A stretch of DNA of 64,000 nucleotides from an uncultured Gammaproteobacteria bacterium (GTDB taxonomy: Bacteria; Pseudomonadota; Gammaproteobacteria; Steroidobacterales; Steroidobacteraceae). Under the pieces are notes generated by a model. It was not told the DNA's origin, did not search any database, and worked only from the letters and a program-made list of their open reading frames with translations. Positions within the stretch are counted from its first letter, which is position 1, and every line of letters starts with the position of its first letter. A program made the translations under genes and the position numbers. This document shows, piece by piece, positions 50,737-60,981 of this stretch. The stretch spans positions 323,690-387,689 of the forward strand of contig CAVSDW010000012.1 of assembly GCA_963726665.1 (NCBI GenBank), in the 5' to 3' direction.

Positions 50737-51842
50737 GCACTGGAGAAATGGACCCGGCCGCGGCCGCACCGGAGGCGCCTTCCTTCCGCATCGACGAGTT
50801 CCTGCGCGAGGTGCTGGCGAAGAACGGCTCCGACCTGCACTTCGTGGCCGGCGACCCGCCGCGCATCCGCCTCTTCGGCGAACTCCAGTCCCTCCGCACC
50901 GAACCGCTTGGACAGGATTTCGTGCGAGACCTGCTCGCCGAGATCCTGACACGCCGCGCGATGCAGCGGCTCGAGGAAAGGGACGGCGCCGACTTCGCCT
51001 ACACGATCCCGGGCGTGTCCCGCTTCCGCGTAAACGTCTTCCGCCACATCGGCGGACTGGGCGCCGTGTTCCGCGCCATTCCGTCGAAGGCGCTGACGCT
51101 GGAGCAGCTCAACATGCCGGAGGCCGTCCGCAGCCTCTGCCGCACCAACAACGGCCTGATCCTGGTCACCGGCAAGACTGGCTCCGGCAAGTCCACGACA
51201 CTCGCGGCGATGATCGACGACATCAATGCGCGGGTGAAGGGCCACATTCTCACGATCGAGGACCCGATCGAGTTCGTTCACCCGCGGCGCAACTGCCTGG
51301 TGAGCCAGCGCGAGGTCGGCATTCACAGCCCGGGATTCGCCGAGGCGCTGCACTCCGCGCTCCGCGAGGACCCCGACGTGGTGCTGGTCGGCGAGCTGCG
51401 TGACTTCGAAACCATGAGCATCGCGGTCACGGCCGCGGAAATGGGCATCCTCGTGATGGGTACGCTGCATACGAACGGCGCCGCCGCGACCGTCGACCGC
51501 ATCGTGAACGCATTCCCGTCGGACAAGCAGGCGCACGTACGCACGATGCTCTCCACGTCGCTGCGAGGCGTGGTCTCGCAGCAGCTCATCCAGCGCTCGG
51601 ACAAGCGCGGCCGAGTCGCGGCACTCGAGGTGCTGATCAACACCCCGGCGGTGTCCAACCTGATCCGCCAGGGCAAGCTCGACCAGCTCGAGAACGCCAT
51701 GCAGAGCGGCGCCCAGTTCGGGATGCGCACGATGGACTCGGCGATCCAGGAACTCCTGGACAAGAGCCTGATCACCGGCCGCATGGCCTACGACAAGTCC
51801 ATCAACAAGCAGCGTTTCGAGCAGTTCAAGGGCGTCGGCTGA
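50733..51842 (+). CDS. PilT-family hexameric ATPase (PilT-like)
   Basis: SDLHFVAGDPPRIR..G; GKTGSGKSTT; IEDPIEF; REDPDVVLVGELRD; MGILVMGTLHT; AVSNLIRQGK (close to AIRNLIRE). ATGA overlap with the preceding gene. Confidence 0.88.
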   Translation: MSTGEMDPAAAAPEAPSFRIDEFLREVLAKNGSDLHFVAGDPPRIRLFGELQSLRTEPLGQDFVRDLLAEILTRRAMQRLEERDGADFAYTIPGVSRFRVNVFRHIGGLGAVFRAIPSKALTLEQLNMPEAVRSLCRTNNGLILVTGKTGSGKSTTLAAMIDDINARVKGHILTIEDPIEFVHPRRNCLVSQREVGIHSPGFAEALHSALREDPDVVLVGELRDFETMSIAVTAAEMGILVMGTLHTNGAAATVDRIVNAFPSDKQAHVRTMLSTSLRGVVSQQLIQRSDKRGRVAALEVLINTPAVSNLIRQGKLDQLENAMQSGAQFGMRTMDSAIQELLDKSLITGRMAYDKSINKQRFEQFKGVG

Positions 51843-51927
51843 ACCCGGCGGGACGGGCACGCGCCGCGCGACGGGGCGCACCCGGCGCGTGGCATAATTC
51901 CGCGCCCTGCCCGCCTGCCGACGCCCC

Positions 51928-54003
51928 ATGACCACACCGAACCGCCGCACCATCCTCGTCACCTGCGCGCTGCCCTACGCGAACGGCGCGCCGCACCTCG
52001 GCCACATGGTCGAGCACGTGCAGACGGACATCTGGGTGCGCTTCCAGCGACTGCGCGGCCACGACTGCCTGTTCGTGTGCGCGAGCGACGCCCACGGCAC
52101 GCCGATCATGCTGAAGGCCCGCCAGGAGGGCATCACGCCCGAGGAACTGATCGAGCGCGTCGGCGCCGAGCAGCGCCGCGATTTCGGCGGGTTCGACATC
52201 TCCTACGACAACTTCCACACGACGCATTCGCCCGAAAGCCGCGAAGTCACGGAGGCCGTCTACCGCCGACTGGTCGAGGGCGGCCACATCCGTCGCGAGA
52301 CGATCCGGCAGGCCTACGACGAGCAGGCGAAGATGTTCCTGCCGGATCGCTACGTGCGCGGCACCTGCCCGCGCTGCGGCGCGCAGGACCAGTACGGGGA
52401 CAGCTGCGAGAACTGCGGGGCGACCTACACACCGGCCGACCTCAAGGACGCGGTGTCGGTCGTGAGCGGCACGGCCCCGATCCAGCGCGATTCCGAGCAC
52501 CTCTTCTTCCGGCTCGGCGACTTCGAGCCGATGCTGCGCGGATGGACCGGCGCCGCGGGCCGCCTGCAGCCGGCCGTGGCTGCCAAGCTCGGCGAATGGT
52601 TCTCGGCGGGCCTCCGCGACTGGGACATCTCCCGGGACGAGCCGTATTTCGGCTTCGAGATTCCCGGCGAGAAGGGCAAGTACTTCTACGTCTGGCTCGA
52701 TGCGCCGATCGGCTACCTCGGCAGCTTCCTGCAGTATTGCCGCCGCACGGGACTCGACTTCGACCGCTACTGGAAGACGGGGAGCGACGCCGAGGTCTAC
52801 CACTTCATCGGCAAGGACATCGTCTACTTCCACACGCTGTTCTGGCCCGCCGTGCTGCACGGTGCCGGATACCGGACGCCGACGGCGGTGTTCGTGCACG
52901 GGTTCCTGACCGTGAACGGCCAGAAGATGTCGAAGTCGCGCGGAACCTTCATCACCGCGCGCAGCTGGCTCGAGCACCTGCCCGCGGAGTACCTGCGCTA
53001 TTTCTTCGCATCGCGGCTCGGCGACGGCGTCGACGACCTCGACCTGAATCTCGACGACTTCGTCGCCAAGGTGAACTCCGACATCGTCGGCAAGCTGGTG
53101 AACATCGCGAGCCGCTGCGCCGGCTTCATCGCGCGAGGCTCGGCGGGTCGGCTCGCGGATCGCCTGCCCGACCCCGTGCTCTACGATTCGGTCGTCGCCG
53201 CAGCGGACAGCATCGCGGATGCCTACGAGGGTCGCGACCTCGCGCGCGTCGTTCGCGAGGTGATGCTGCTCACGGACCGCGCCAACCTGTACATCGACCA
53301 GCAGAAGCCGTGGCTGATGGCAAAGGACCCGGCGCGGGCCGCGGAGGTCCAGGGTGTGTGCACCGAGGGCCTGAACCTGTTCCGCGTGCTGGTGCTTTAC
53401 CTGAAGCCCATCATCCCGCGGCTCGCGGAGGGCGCGGAGCGCTTCCTCGGGCTGCCGGCACAGTCCTGGGACGACGTCGCCCGGCCACTGCTCGGCACCG
53501 CGATCGCGACCTACGAACCGCTGGCGACCCGGGTCGATCCCGCGGCCATCAAGTCGCTGCTCGCCGCGTCGGTGGAAAATCTCAAGGTGACCGGTGTGCC
53601 TGGCGAAGCCGCATCGGGGACAGCGACGCAGGCCGCTGCGACCGCGCCGGCGGCCGCAATCGCGGTCCCGACGTTGCCGAACGTGTCCATCGAAGACTTC
53701 GGCCGCATCGACCTCAGGGTGGCCAGGATCGATGCCGCGGACCTCGTGGAAGGCGCCGACAAGCTCCTCCGACTCACGCTCGACCTCGGCGGCGACCGGC
53801 GCACGGTGTTTGCCGGGATCCGTCAAGCCTATGCGCCGGAGCAGCTGGTCGGACGACTCACGGTGGTCGTGGCTAACCTCGAGCCGCGCAAGATGCGCTT
53901 CGGGGTCTCGGAGGGCATGGTGCTCGCGGCCGGACCCGGCGGAAAAGATATTTTCCTGCTCACCCCCGACGCTGGCGCCGAACCCGGCATGAAAGTGAAG
54001 TGA
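51928..54003 (+). CDS. metG: Methionine--tRNA ligase MetG
   Basis: [21 protein letters not shown] (HIGH), zinc knuckles CPRCGA...[13 protein letters not shown] (KMSKS) and a C-terminal tRNA-binding (EMAP-like) domain. Confidence 0.98.
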   Translation: MTTPNRRTILVTCALPYANGAPHLGHMVEHVQTDIWVRFQRLRGHDCLFVCASDAHGTPIMLKARQEGITPEELIERVGAEQRRDFGGFDISYDNFHTTHSPESREVTEAVYRRLVEGGHIRRETIRQAYDEQAKMFLPDRYVRGTCPRCGAQDQYGDSCENCGATYTPADLKDAVSVVSGTAPIQRDSEHLFFRLGDFEPMLRGWTGAAGRLQPAVAAKLGEWFSAGLRDWDISRDEPYFGFEIPGEKGKYFYVWLDAPIGYLGSFLQYCRRTGLDFDRYWKTGSDAEVYHFIGKDIVYFHTLFWPAVLHGAGYRTPTAVFVHGFLTVNGQKMSKSRGTFITARSWLEHLPAEYLRYFFASRLGDGVDDLDLNLDDFVAKVNSDIVGKLVNIASRCAGFIARGSAGRLADRLPDPVLYDSVVAAADSIADAYEGRDLARVVREVMLLTDRANLYIDQQKPWLMAKDPARAAEVQGVCTEGLNLFRVLVLYLKPIIPRLAEGAERFLGLPAQSWDDVARPLLGTAIATYEPLATRVDPAAIKSLLAASVENLKVTGVPGEAASGTATQAAATAPAAAIAVPTLPNVSIEDFGRIDLRVARIDAADLVEGADKLLRLTLDLGGDRRTVFAGIRQAYAPEQLVGRLTVVVANLEPRKMRFGVSEGMVLAAGPGGKDIFLLTPDAGAEPGMKVK

Positions 54004-54054
54004 GTCGTCCTCCGATCCGCTGACCACCACCCGCTATCCGCCAACCGCTTCCCC

Positions 54055-54636
54055 ATGACGGACCTGCTCCTGCTGGTAATCGGTGCGAGTCTCGTCAACA
54101 ACTTCGTGCTGACGAGTTTCCTGGGCCTGTGCCCGTTCGTCGGTGTGAGTGGCAGGTTCGAGGCGGCGGCGGGCATGGCGCTCGCCACCCTTTTCGTGAT
54201 GACGCTCGCCTCGGGCCTGGGTTATGCCGCCTTTCACTGGCTGCTCGACCCGCTCGGCCTCGGGTACCTGCGCACGCTGGTGTTCATCGTGCTGATCGCT
54301 GCCGTCGTGCAGCTGACCGAACTGGTCGTGCGCGCGACGAGTCCACTGCTGCACCAGCTGCTCGGGGTGTTCCTGCCGCTCATCACGACGAACTGCGCGG
54401 TGCTTGGAGTCGCGCTGCTCAACCTCGATCGCCATCACGACCTGCTCGAGTCGCTGGTCTATGGCGCTTCGGCCGCCGCCGGATTCGGGCTCGCGCTGCT
54501 TCTGTTCGCGGCGCTCCGGGAGCGAGTCGATGGCAATGACGCTCCCGCGGTCTTTCGCGGCGCGCCGATCGCGCTCGTGACCGCCGGGCTGATGGCGCTC
54601 GCCTTCATGGGATTCTCGGGGCTCGGCTCGCGATGA
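54055..54636 (+). CDS. rnfA: Electron transport complex subunit RnfA/RsxA
   Basis: 193 aa: [17 protein letters not shown]...............[12 protein letters not shown]. Confidence 0.95.
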   Translation: MTDLLLLVIGASLVNNFVLTSFLGLCPFVGVSGRFEAAAGMALATLFVMTLASGLGYAAFHWLLDPLGLGYLRTLVFIVLIAAVVQLTELVVRATSPLLHQLLGVFLPLITTNCAVLGVALLNLDRHHDLLESLVYGASAAAGFGLALLLFAALRERVDGNDAPAVFRGAPIALVTAGLMALAFMGFSGLGSR

Positions 54637-55175
54637 GCGCAGGCGCCGTCCTGCCCGCGATCGCCGTGGCGACGGCGCTGGCCCTGCTGCTCGGCGCCGC
54701 ACTGGGCTGGGCGGCCACGCGGCTGCGCCCGGACACGAAATCGCTCGCGGCGCGCATCGACGCCCTGCTGCCGCAGACGCAATGCGCCCAGTGCCGATAC
54801 CCGGGCTGCCGCCCGTATGCCGAGGCCATCGCGCGCGGCGAGGCCGAGATCGACCAGTGCCCGCCCGGCGGCGATGCGACGGCCCGGGCGCTTGCCGACC
54901 TGCTCGGGCGCGAGCCGCGGCCGGTCAATCCGCAATTCGGCGTGGCGGCGACGAATGCAGTCGCGGTGGTCGACGAGTCGCGCTGCATCGGCTGCGCGTT
55001 GTGCCTTCCCGCATGTCCGGTGGACGCGATCGTGGGAGCGCCGCGGTTCATGCACACGGTGATCGAGGCGCAGTGCACGGGGTGCGGACTGTGTGTCCCG
55101 CCCTGCCCGGTGGACTGCATCACGATGTCAGCGCCGGCATCCATCCTCGCGCCGCGCGGCCGGCGCGCCGCCTGA
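54633..55175 (+). CDS. rnfB: Electron transport complex subunit RnfB/RsxB
   Basis: [36 protein letters not shown]; two ferredoxin motifs [12 protein letters not shown] and [12 protein letters not shown]. Confidence 0.95.
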   Translation: MSAGAVLPAIAVATALALLLGAALGWAATRLRPDTKSLAARIDALLPQTQCAQCRYPGCRPYAEAIARGEAEIDQCPPGGDATARALADLLGREPRPVNPQFGVAATNAVAVVDESRCIGCALCLPACPVDAIVGAPRFMHTVIEAQCTGCGLCVPPCPVDCITMSAPASILAPRGRRAA

Positions 55176-55176
55176 A

Positions 55177-56820
55177 ATGCCGGTGTTCTCAAGGCGCCGG
55201 TTTCCAGCGGGACTGCGACTGCCCTCGCACAAGGACGAGGCGTCCCGGCAGCCACTGCGCGTCGCGCCTTCTCCCGCCCTTGCGATCGTCGCCCTCGACC
55301 AGGGCAGCGGAACCGGGGCCCGACCCGCCGTGAGCGTGGGCGAGCGCGTACGCGTTGGAACGTGCATCGGCCGCGCGCACGACTCGACGGCAGTGCCCGT
55401 GTACGCGCCGGTCGCCGGCATCGTTCGCGCCGTGGAAATCCGCGACACTGCGGGACCCTCGGGCTGCGGACCTTGCGTCGTGATCGAGAACGATGGCTCC
55501 GACGAGCCCGAGCGCGAGTTCACGCCGCTCGAGTGGCAGACCCTGGAGCCCGAGGAACTGATCGAAGCCTTGCGCAATGCGGGCATCGCGGGCCTCGGCG
55601 GCGGGGCGTTTCCAATTGCCGCAAAGCTGGCCGGCGCGAAGTCGCGGGCGGCGACACACCTCGTGCTGAACGGCGCCGAGTGTGAGCCGTGGATCTGCTG
55701 CGACGACGCGCTGATGCAGGAACGCGCGGCCGATGTCGTGCTGGGCGCCCAGGTCCTGCTTCGCGCCTGTGGCGCCTCGCGCTGCACGATCGCGATCGAG
55801 GACGACAAGCCGCAGGCCATTGCGGCCGTCCGGGCAGCGATGGAGGTTGCCTGCGACCCGCGAATCGAAGTCATGGTGCTCGGCGCGGTCTACCCGGCGG
55901 GCGCAGAGCGGCAACTGCTCGCCGCGGCGACGGGCATCGAGGTCCCGTACGATGGCTTGCCGCCGGCCGTGGGCCTGCTGTGCCAGAACGTGGGTACGTG
56001 CGCGGCCGTGGCCGCCTTCGTACGAACCGGCGCCCCGCTCACGTCTCGCATCGTCACGGTCACGGGCAGCGGCGTCATGCATCCTGCGAACCTCGAGGCG
56101 CGCATCGGCACTCCCGTCGCGGAACTCGTGAGCGCCTGCGGGGGCTACGTCGCGAATCCCGAGCGGCTGATCGCCGGCGGCATCATGACCGGCCGGGCAG
56201 TCCCCACCGACGAAGTCCCTTTGACGCAGGCGATGAACTGCATCCTGGCCGCTACGGGTGCGGACCTCACGGCCCGCATGGCGCCGCTCCCCTGTATCCG
56301 GTGCGGAGACTGCGCCGACGTATGCCCGGTGGGCCTGCTGCCCCAGCAACTGCATCGCGGGGTCCTTGCGGCGGACGCCGCCGTACTCGAGCGACACGGG
56401 ATCGACGACTGCATCGAGTGCGGCTGCTGCGACTACGTCTGTCCGAGCGGCATTGCGCTGACAGCGGGTTTCCGCGGCGCACGGGCCGAGGCGCGCAGGC
56501 AGCACGAGGCCGCGCGACGCGCCGATGAGGCGCGCGAACGCTACGCGCGCCACCAGCAGCGGCTCGCGGCAGCCGCCGAGCAGGAACGCAGTGCATTCGA
56601 GGCGGCTCGCCGGCGCGCGCGCGGCGATGACGTGGGGCGTGGAGCGAATGAAGTTCGAGACCTCGCCGGCCCCGCACCTCGTCGCAGGCCTCACCGTGCC
56701 GCGCGTGATGGTCCAGGTGCTCGTCGCCCTGGTTCCCGTCGCCGTGGTTCAGGTGTGGTTCTACGGCCCCGGCGTGCTGCTGCAGATGGCGGTCGCCGGT
56801 CCGACAGCGCTGCTGTGTGA
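55177..56820 (+). CDS. rnfC: Electron transport complex subunit RnfC/RsxC (3' end uncertain)
   Basis: GIAGLGGGAFP...KL; LNGAECEPWICCDDALM; CIRCGDCADVCP and CIECGCCDYVCP. The ORF runs to 56820, about 190 nt into rnfD. One GC unit fewer in the (GC)5 run at 56613-56623 would place a stop at 56628-56630. Confidence 0.85.
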   Translation: MPVFSRRRFPAGLRLPSHKDEASRQPLRVAPSPALAIVALDQGSGTGARPAVSVGERVRVGTCIGRAHDSTAVPVYAPVAGIVRAVEIRDTAGPSGCGPCVVIENDGSDEPEREFTPLEWQTLEPEELIEALRNAGIAGLGGGAFPIAAKLAGAKSRAATHLVLNGAECEPWICCDDALMQERAADVVLGAQVLLRACGASRCTIAIEDDKPQAIAAVRAAMEVACDPRIEVMVLGAVYPAGAERQLLAAATGIEVPYDGLPPAVGLLCQNVGTCAAVAAFVRTGAPLTSRIVTVTGSGVMHPANLEARIGTPVAELVSACGGYVANPERLIAGGIMTGRAVPTDEVPLTQAMNCILAATGADLTARMAPLPCIRCGDCADVCPVGLLPQQLHRGVLAADAAVLERHGIDDCIECGCCDYVCPSGIALTAGFRGARAEARRQHEAARRADEARERYARHQQRLAAAAEQERSAFEAARRRARGDDVGRGANEVRDLAGPAPRRRPHRAARDGPGARRPGSRRRGSGVVLRPRRAAADGGRRSDSAAV

Positions 56821-57685
56821 AGCACTCGCGCTCCGCGCGCGAGGACGCGAGACGGCTCCTTACCTCCGCGACGCCAGCGTGCTCGTCACCGCGGCACTGC
56901 TGGCACTCGCCCTGCCGCCGCTGCTTCCGTGGTGGCTCACTGCGCTAGGCACCGCCGTCGCGGTGCTGCTCGGCAAGCATGTCTACGGCGGGATCGGCCA
57001 GAACCCGTTCAATCCCGCCATGGTCGGCTACGCCGTGCTGCTGGTGTCGTTTCCGCTGGAGATGACGCGTTGGCCTGCGCCTCACGGCACGCCGGGTAAC
57101 GACTGGCCCACTCTCGCGGGACTCGCGTGGCACTCGTTCCTCCACGGGTCGGCGGCGATCGCACAATGGGACGCCTACACGGGAGCCACGGCGCTCGACT
57201 CGCTTCGCACCGGTCTTTCGCAGCGCTTCACGATGCAGGAGGTCTTTGCCGGGCCCGCCTTCGGGTCGCTGGGAGGCACCGGCTCGCAGTGGGTCAACGT
57301 CGCGGCGCTGGCCGGCGGAATCTACCTGCTCGCGCGCGGCATCGTGCGCTGGCGTATCCCGGTCGCCGTGCTCACCGGCGTCGCCCTGCCCGCATGGATC
57401 ATGCACGTGGTGGACCCGGGCGCGTATGCGCCGGCGACGTTCCAGCTCTTCTCGGGCGCCACCATGCTCGGTGCGTTCTTCATCGCCACGGACCCGGTGT
57501 CGGCGGCGACCAGCGATCGCGGGCGCCTGGTGTACGGCTTAGGGGTCGGCGTGATCACCTGGACGATACGCACCTTCGGCGGCTACCCGGACGGCCTCGC
57601 CTTCGCGGTGCTGCTCATGAACCTCGCGGCCCCGCTCATCGACCGCTATACGGTGCCGAGGATCCATGGCCACCCCGGTCGCTGA
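56648..57685 (+). CDS. rnfD: Electron transport complex subunit RnfD/RsxD
   Basis: MKFETSPAPHL......V.RVM..V..AL.P; GKHVYGGIGQNPFNPAMVGYA; FSGATMLGAFFIATDPVS (FMN attachment region). An alternative ATG exists at 56627. Confidence 0.93.
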   Translation: MKFETSPAPHLVAGLTVPRVMVQVLVALVPVAVVQVWFYGPGVLLQMAVAGPTALLCEALALRARGRETAPYLRDASVLVTAALLALALPPLLPWWLTALGTAVAVLLGKHVYGGIGQNPFNPAMVGYAVLLVSFPLEMTRWPAPHGTPGNDWPTLAGLAWHSFLHGSAAIAQWDAYTGATALDSLRTGLSQRFTMQEVFAGPAFGSLGGTGSQWVNVAALAGGIYLLARGIVRWRIPVAVLTGVALPAWIMHVVDPGAYAPATFQLFSGATMLGAFFIATDPVSAATSDRGRLVYGLGVGVITWTIRTFGGYPDGLAFAVLLMNLAAPLIDRYTVPRIHGHPGR

Positions 57686-58370
57686 CGAGCCGCGCCGCAG
57701 GCCACTGCGCGCCGCGCTCACGCTCGCCGTGGCCGCCGCGGCGGCGGTGGGCGCGGTGGCACTCGTGCACGACCTCGCCCGGCCACGGATCGAGGCCAAT
57801 GAGCGCGCGCAGCGCGTGGCACGGCTCGCTGCGGTGCTGGGCTCGGCGGCGTACGACAACGACCTGCTGCGCGACGTCGCATACGTTCGCGACCCCGAAT
57901 TACTCGGCACGGACGAGCGCCTCCCCGTCCATCGAGCGAGGCTGGGCGGACGCCCCGTCGCCGCATTGATCGAGACCGTCGCACCCGACGGCTACGCGGG
58001 GGCGATCCGCCTGCTGGTGGCCGTGGGCGCGGATGGCCGGTTGCTCGGCGTGCGGGTGCTGCGGCACAAGGAGACGCCGGGACTCGGCGACGGCATCGAC
58101 GAACGGAATTCCGGCTGGATCCTGCGCTTCGCCGGGCGGTCGCTCGCGGATCCCGCGCCCGCGCGCTGGAAAGTCCGCAAGGACGGGGGCGACTTCGACC
58201 AGTTCACGGGTGCCACGGTCACGCCGCGCGCGGTGGTCGGTGCGGTCGAGGACGCGCTCCTCTACTTCCAGGCGCACCGCGACGAAATATTCGCGCTGCC
58301 AGCCGATGCCGTGGCCGGGACCGGGGCCGGTGATGAGGCCGCGGGCGCCGCCGCCGCGCCGGGGCCCTGA
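57666..58370 (+). CDS. rnfG: Electron transport complex subunit RnfG/RsxG
   Basis: GY.G.I.LLV.V..DG.L.GVRVL.H.ETPGLGD.I; [14 protein letters not shown] (FMN-binding threonine). Confidence 0.9.
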   Translation: MATPVADEPRRRPLRAALTLAVAAAAAVGAVALVHDLARPRIEANERAQRVARLAAVLGSAAYDNDLLRDVAYVRDPELLGTDERLPVHRARLGGRPVAALIETVAPDGYAGAIRLLVAVGADGRLLGVRVLRHKETPGLGDGIDERNSGWILRFAGRSLADPAPARWKVRKDGGDFDQFTGATVTPRAVVGAVEDALLYFQAHRDEIFALPADAVAGTGAGDEAAGAAAAPGP

Positions 58371-58372
58371 CC

Positions 58373-58996
58373 ATGGCGATGCCCTACAATTCGCCGATGA
58401 CAGCGGCCGGCATCCTTCGCAACGGGCTCAGCACCTCGAACCCCGGCCTCGTGCAGCTGCTCGGACTCTGCCCGCTGCTCGCGGTCAGCACCTCGATCGG
58501 CAATGCGCTCGGGCTCGGACTCGCGACTCTCGCGGTGCTGGTGCTGAGCAGCGCGATCGCATCGCTGGTCGGGAAGTGGCTGCTGCCCGAGGTGCGGATC
58601 GCGGTGTTCGTGCTCGCGATCGCAAGCGCCGTCACCTGCGTACAGCTCGCGATCGCGGCCTGGTGGCCCGACCTGCACGACGCGCTCGGCATCTTCCTGC
58701 CGCTGATCGTCACGAATTGCCTCGTGCTCGCGCGCGCCGAGGCGTTCGCGTCGCGCCAGCCGCTCGGCCTCGCGCTCATCGACGGCGCGGCGATGGGGCT
58801 CGGCTTCGGGCTCGTGCTGCTGGCACTCGGCGCCGTGCGCGAACTGCTGGGACACGGACTGCTGCTCGCCCTGCTGCCGCCCGGGGCATTCATCCTGCTC
58901 GGGCTGATGCTGGCGCTGCGGAACTGGAGACTCCAGGCAAGGACCGCGCCTTCGGAATCTGCGCGGCCTGCAATCGCCGACCGGCCCGTTGCATGA
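58373..58996 (+). CDS. rnfE: Electron transport complex subunit RnfE/RsxE
   Basis: [28 protein letters not shown]; [18 protein letters not shown]. Confidence 0.93.
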   Translation: MAMPYNSPMTAAGILRNGLSTSNPGLVQLLGLCPLLAVSTSIGNALGLGLATLAVLVLSSAIASLVGKWLLPEVRIAVFVLAIASAVTCVQLAIAAWWPDLHDALGIFLPLIVTNCLVLARAEAFASRQPLGLALIDGAAMGLGFGLVLLALGAVRELLGHGLLLALLPPGAFILLGLMLALRNWRLQARTAPSESARPAIADRPVA

Positions 58997-59670
58997 GCCC
59001 GCGGCGCGCGCGCGCGATCTTCGAGCGACTCCGCGCCCGGAATCCGCACCCCACGACGGAACTCGAGTATTCGACGCCGTTCGAACTGCTGGTTGCCGTC
59101 ATCCTGTCCGCGCAGGCGACGGACAAGAGCGTCAACGCGGCGACTCGCCGACTCTTCCGCGACGCGAACACGCCGCAGGCGATCCTCGCGCTCGGCGTCG
59201 AGGGGCTGGTACCGTATGTGAAGTCGATCGGGCTCTACCAGGGAAAGGCGAAGAACATCGTCGCCACCTGCCGCAGGCTGATCGACGACCATGGCGGCGT
59301 CGTGCCCGAGGACCGCGAGGCCCTCGAGGCCCTGCCAGGCGTCGGGCGCAAGACTGCCAACGTGATCCTGAACACCGCCTTCGGACACCCGACGCTCGCC
59401 GTTGATACTCACGTATTCAGGGTCGCGAACCGCATCGGCCTCGCACACGGCGCGGACGTGCGTGCGGTCGAAGACCAACTCCTGAAGCGCGTGCCCGCGG
59501 AATTTCTCCAGGATGCGCATCACTGGCTCATCCTCCATGGCCGCTACGTCTGCAAGGCGCGCCAGCCCGACTGCCCGAGCTGCCCGATCGCCGACCTCTG
59601 CGAGTACGAGGAGAAGACCGCGCCCCAGGCCGGCGCCAGCCCCCGTGCATCGCGATCGAGGCGGAGTTGA
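58993..59670 (+). CDS. nth: Endonuclease III Nth
   Basis: [20 protein letters not shown]; [28 protein letters not shown]; 4Fe-4S cluster C..R.P.C..CP....C. ATGA overlap with rnfE, as in E. coli rsx-nth. Confidence 0.96.
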   Translation: MSPRRARAIFERLRARNPHPTTELEYSTPFELLVAVILSAQATDKSVNAATRRLFRDANTPQAILALGVEGLVPYVKSIGLYQGKAKNIVATCRRLIDDHGGVVPEDREALEALPGVGRKTANVILNTAFGHPTLAVDTHVFRVANRIGLAHGADVRAVEDQLLKRVPAEFLQDAHHWLILHGRYVCKARQPDCPSCPIADLCEYEEKTAPQAGASPRASRSRRS

Positions 59671-59674
59671 ACCG

Positions 59675-60121
59675 ATGCCTTTCTTCCACGACCAGGACCG
59701 CGCCTCGCTCCGTCGCAGCTACCTGCTCGCGTGGCGCAAGCGCCTCGACGGCGTACCCATGGAGCCGCTCGAGCACCAGCTCGCGACCGTGGTCGAGCAG
59801 CACCCCGAATACCAGGCGGTCATCGAGGGCACGGCCGACGTCGTCGAGCGCGACTACACACCCGAGGGCGGTCAGTCGAACCCGTTCCTGCACATGGGCA
59901 TGCACCTCGCGATACGCGAGCAGGTCGCGACCAACCGTCCGTCGGGAATAGCGGCCGTCCACGCCGAGCTCGCACGAGCGCTCGGCGCCGCGCACGAGGC
60001 GGAACACCGCATGATCGAGTGCCTCGGCGAAGCGCTCTGGACGAGCCAGCGAACCGGGTTGCCGCCGGACGAGGCGGCTTACCTCGATGCGCTGCGGCGC
60101 CTCACTCGCAGGGGCAAGTGA
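59675..60121 (+). CDS. DUF1841 family protein
   Basis: MPFFHDQDRASLRRSYLLAWRKR..G.P.EPLE..LA.VV..HPEY........D.....YTPE.GQSNPFLHMG.HL...EQ is typical of DUF1841. Confidence 0.75.
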   Translation: MPFFHDQDRASLRRSYLLAWRKRLDGVPMEPLEHQLATVVEQHPEYQAVIEGTADVVERDYTPEGGQSNPFLHMGMHLAIREQVATNRPSGIAAVHAELARALGAAHEAEHRMIECLGEALWTSQRTGLPPDEAAYLDALRRLTRRGK

Positions 60122-60124
60122 CGC

Positions 60125-60958
60125 TCACCAGCCCATCGGGTGGCCGAGCAGCGCCTCGAGCCGCCGGTTGTGCGGCTCGAAGTACGCCCTGAGCCGCGCC
60201 ATCGTCGCCTGCTCCATCGGGGGATAGCTGCGCGTGTTGCGGGCCTCGAGGCTCACCGACGCGGCCGGCGGCAGGCCGAGGAAGGCGAGCGTTCCGTTCA
60301 GGCCCGCGAGCGGATCCTGCGCGAAATCCTCGAAGCGCAGGATGTGGATCCGCTCGCGCGGATAAAGCGCCAACCAGCGCTCGAGCTGTTCTGCGTAGCG
60401 CCCGCGCGCCAGGTAGGAATGCAATTGATGCTCGCGGCTGCGCTCGAGTTCACCGCTCGCGAGCAGTTCACCTGCAAACGCCAGCCGCTCCGGCTCGGCG
60501 TCGATCGCAGCCTCGAACGAAAGATCCTCGCGACCCTTGTCGCGCTCGTGCCAGTAGTGCGAGTACGCGCGCCGAGCCGGGTCGCGCAGCAGTACGATCA
60601 GCCGGGCATCGGGCAGCAGTTCGTGCATGCGGCGCGGGACGGCCGGGTGAAACAGGTAATAGGGGCTGCTGTCCAGGTTGAGTCCCGGCTCGCCCTCCCG
60701 GCCGAAGTGCGCGCGGTACCAGGATTCACCCCGACCATAGTTCACGTCGAAGTAGTGCACTTCCTTGCGCAAAGGCGCGATGACGCCGGGATGCTGCGTC
60801 AAGTAGTTGTGCAATGAACTCGTGCCGCACTTCTGCGCCCCCAGGATCACTGCGCCGGGGAGTGCGCGCGGCTGGCGCATGCGCAGGCGAAGCTCGACAC
60901 GACGTCCGGTCTCGAGCAGCCCGAGGAGCCGCAGCGTGCGCGTGAGACCCGGATGCAT
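60125..60958 (-). CDS. Sulfotransferase domain-containing protein
   Basis: 5'-PSB loop ILGAQKCGTSSLHNYL and 3'-PB motif LLRDPARRAYSHYWH, typical of PAPS-dependent sulfotransferases. ATG at 60958 (alternative 60880), 24 nt after the lpd stop. Confidence 0.8.
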   Translation of the reverse strand: MHPGLTRTLRLLGLLETGRRVELRLRMRQPRALPGAVILGAQKCGTSSLHNYLTQHPGVIAPLRKEVHYFDVNYGRGESWYRAHFGREGEPGLNLDSSPYYLFHPAVPRRMHELLPDARLIVLLRDPARRAYSHYWHERDKGREDLSFEAAIDAEPERLAFAGELLASGELERSREHQLHSYLARGRYAEQLERWLALYPRERIHILRFEDFAQDPLAGLNGTLAFLGLPPAASVSLEARNTRSYPPMEQATMARLRAYFEPHNRRLEALLGHPMGW

Positions 60959-60981
60959 GCGAGTGCGCCGCGCGACCCGCC

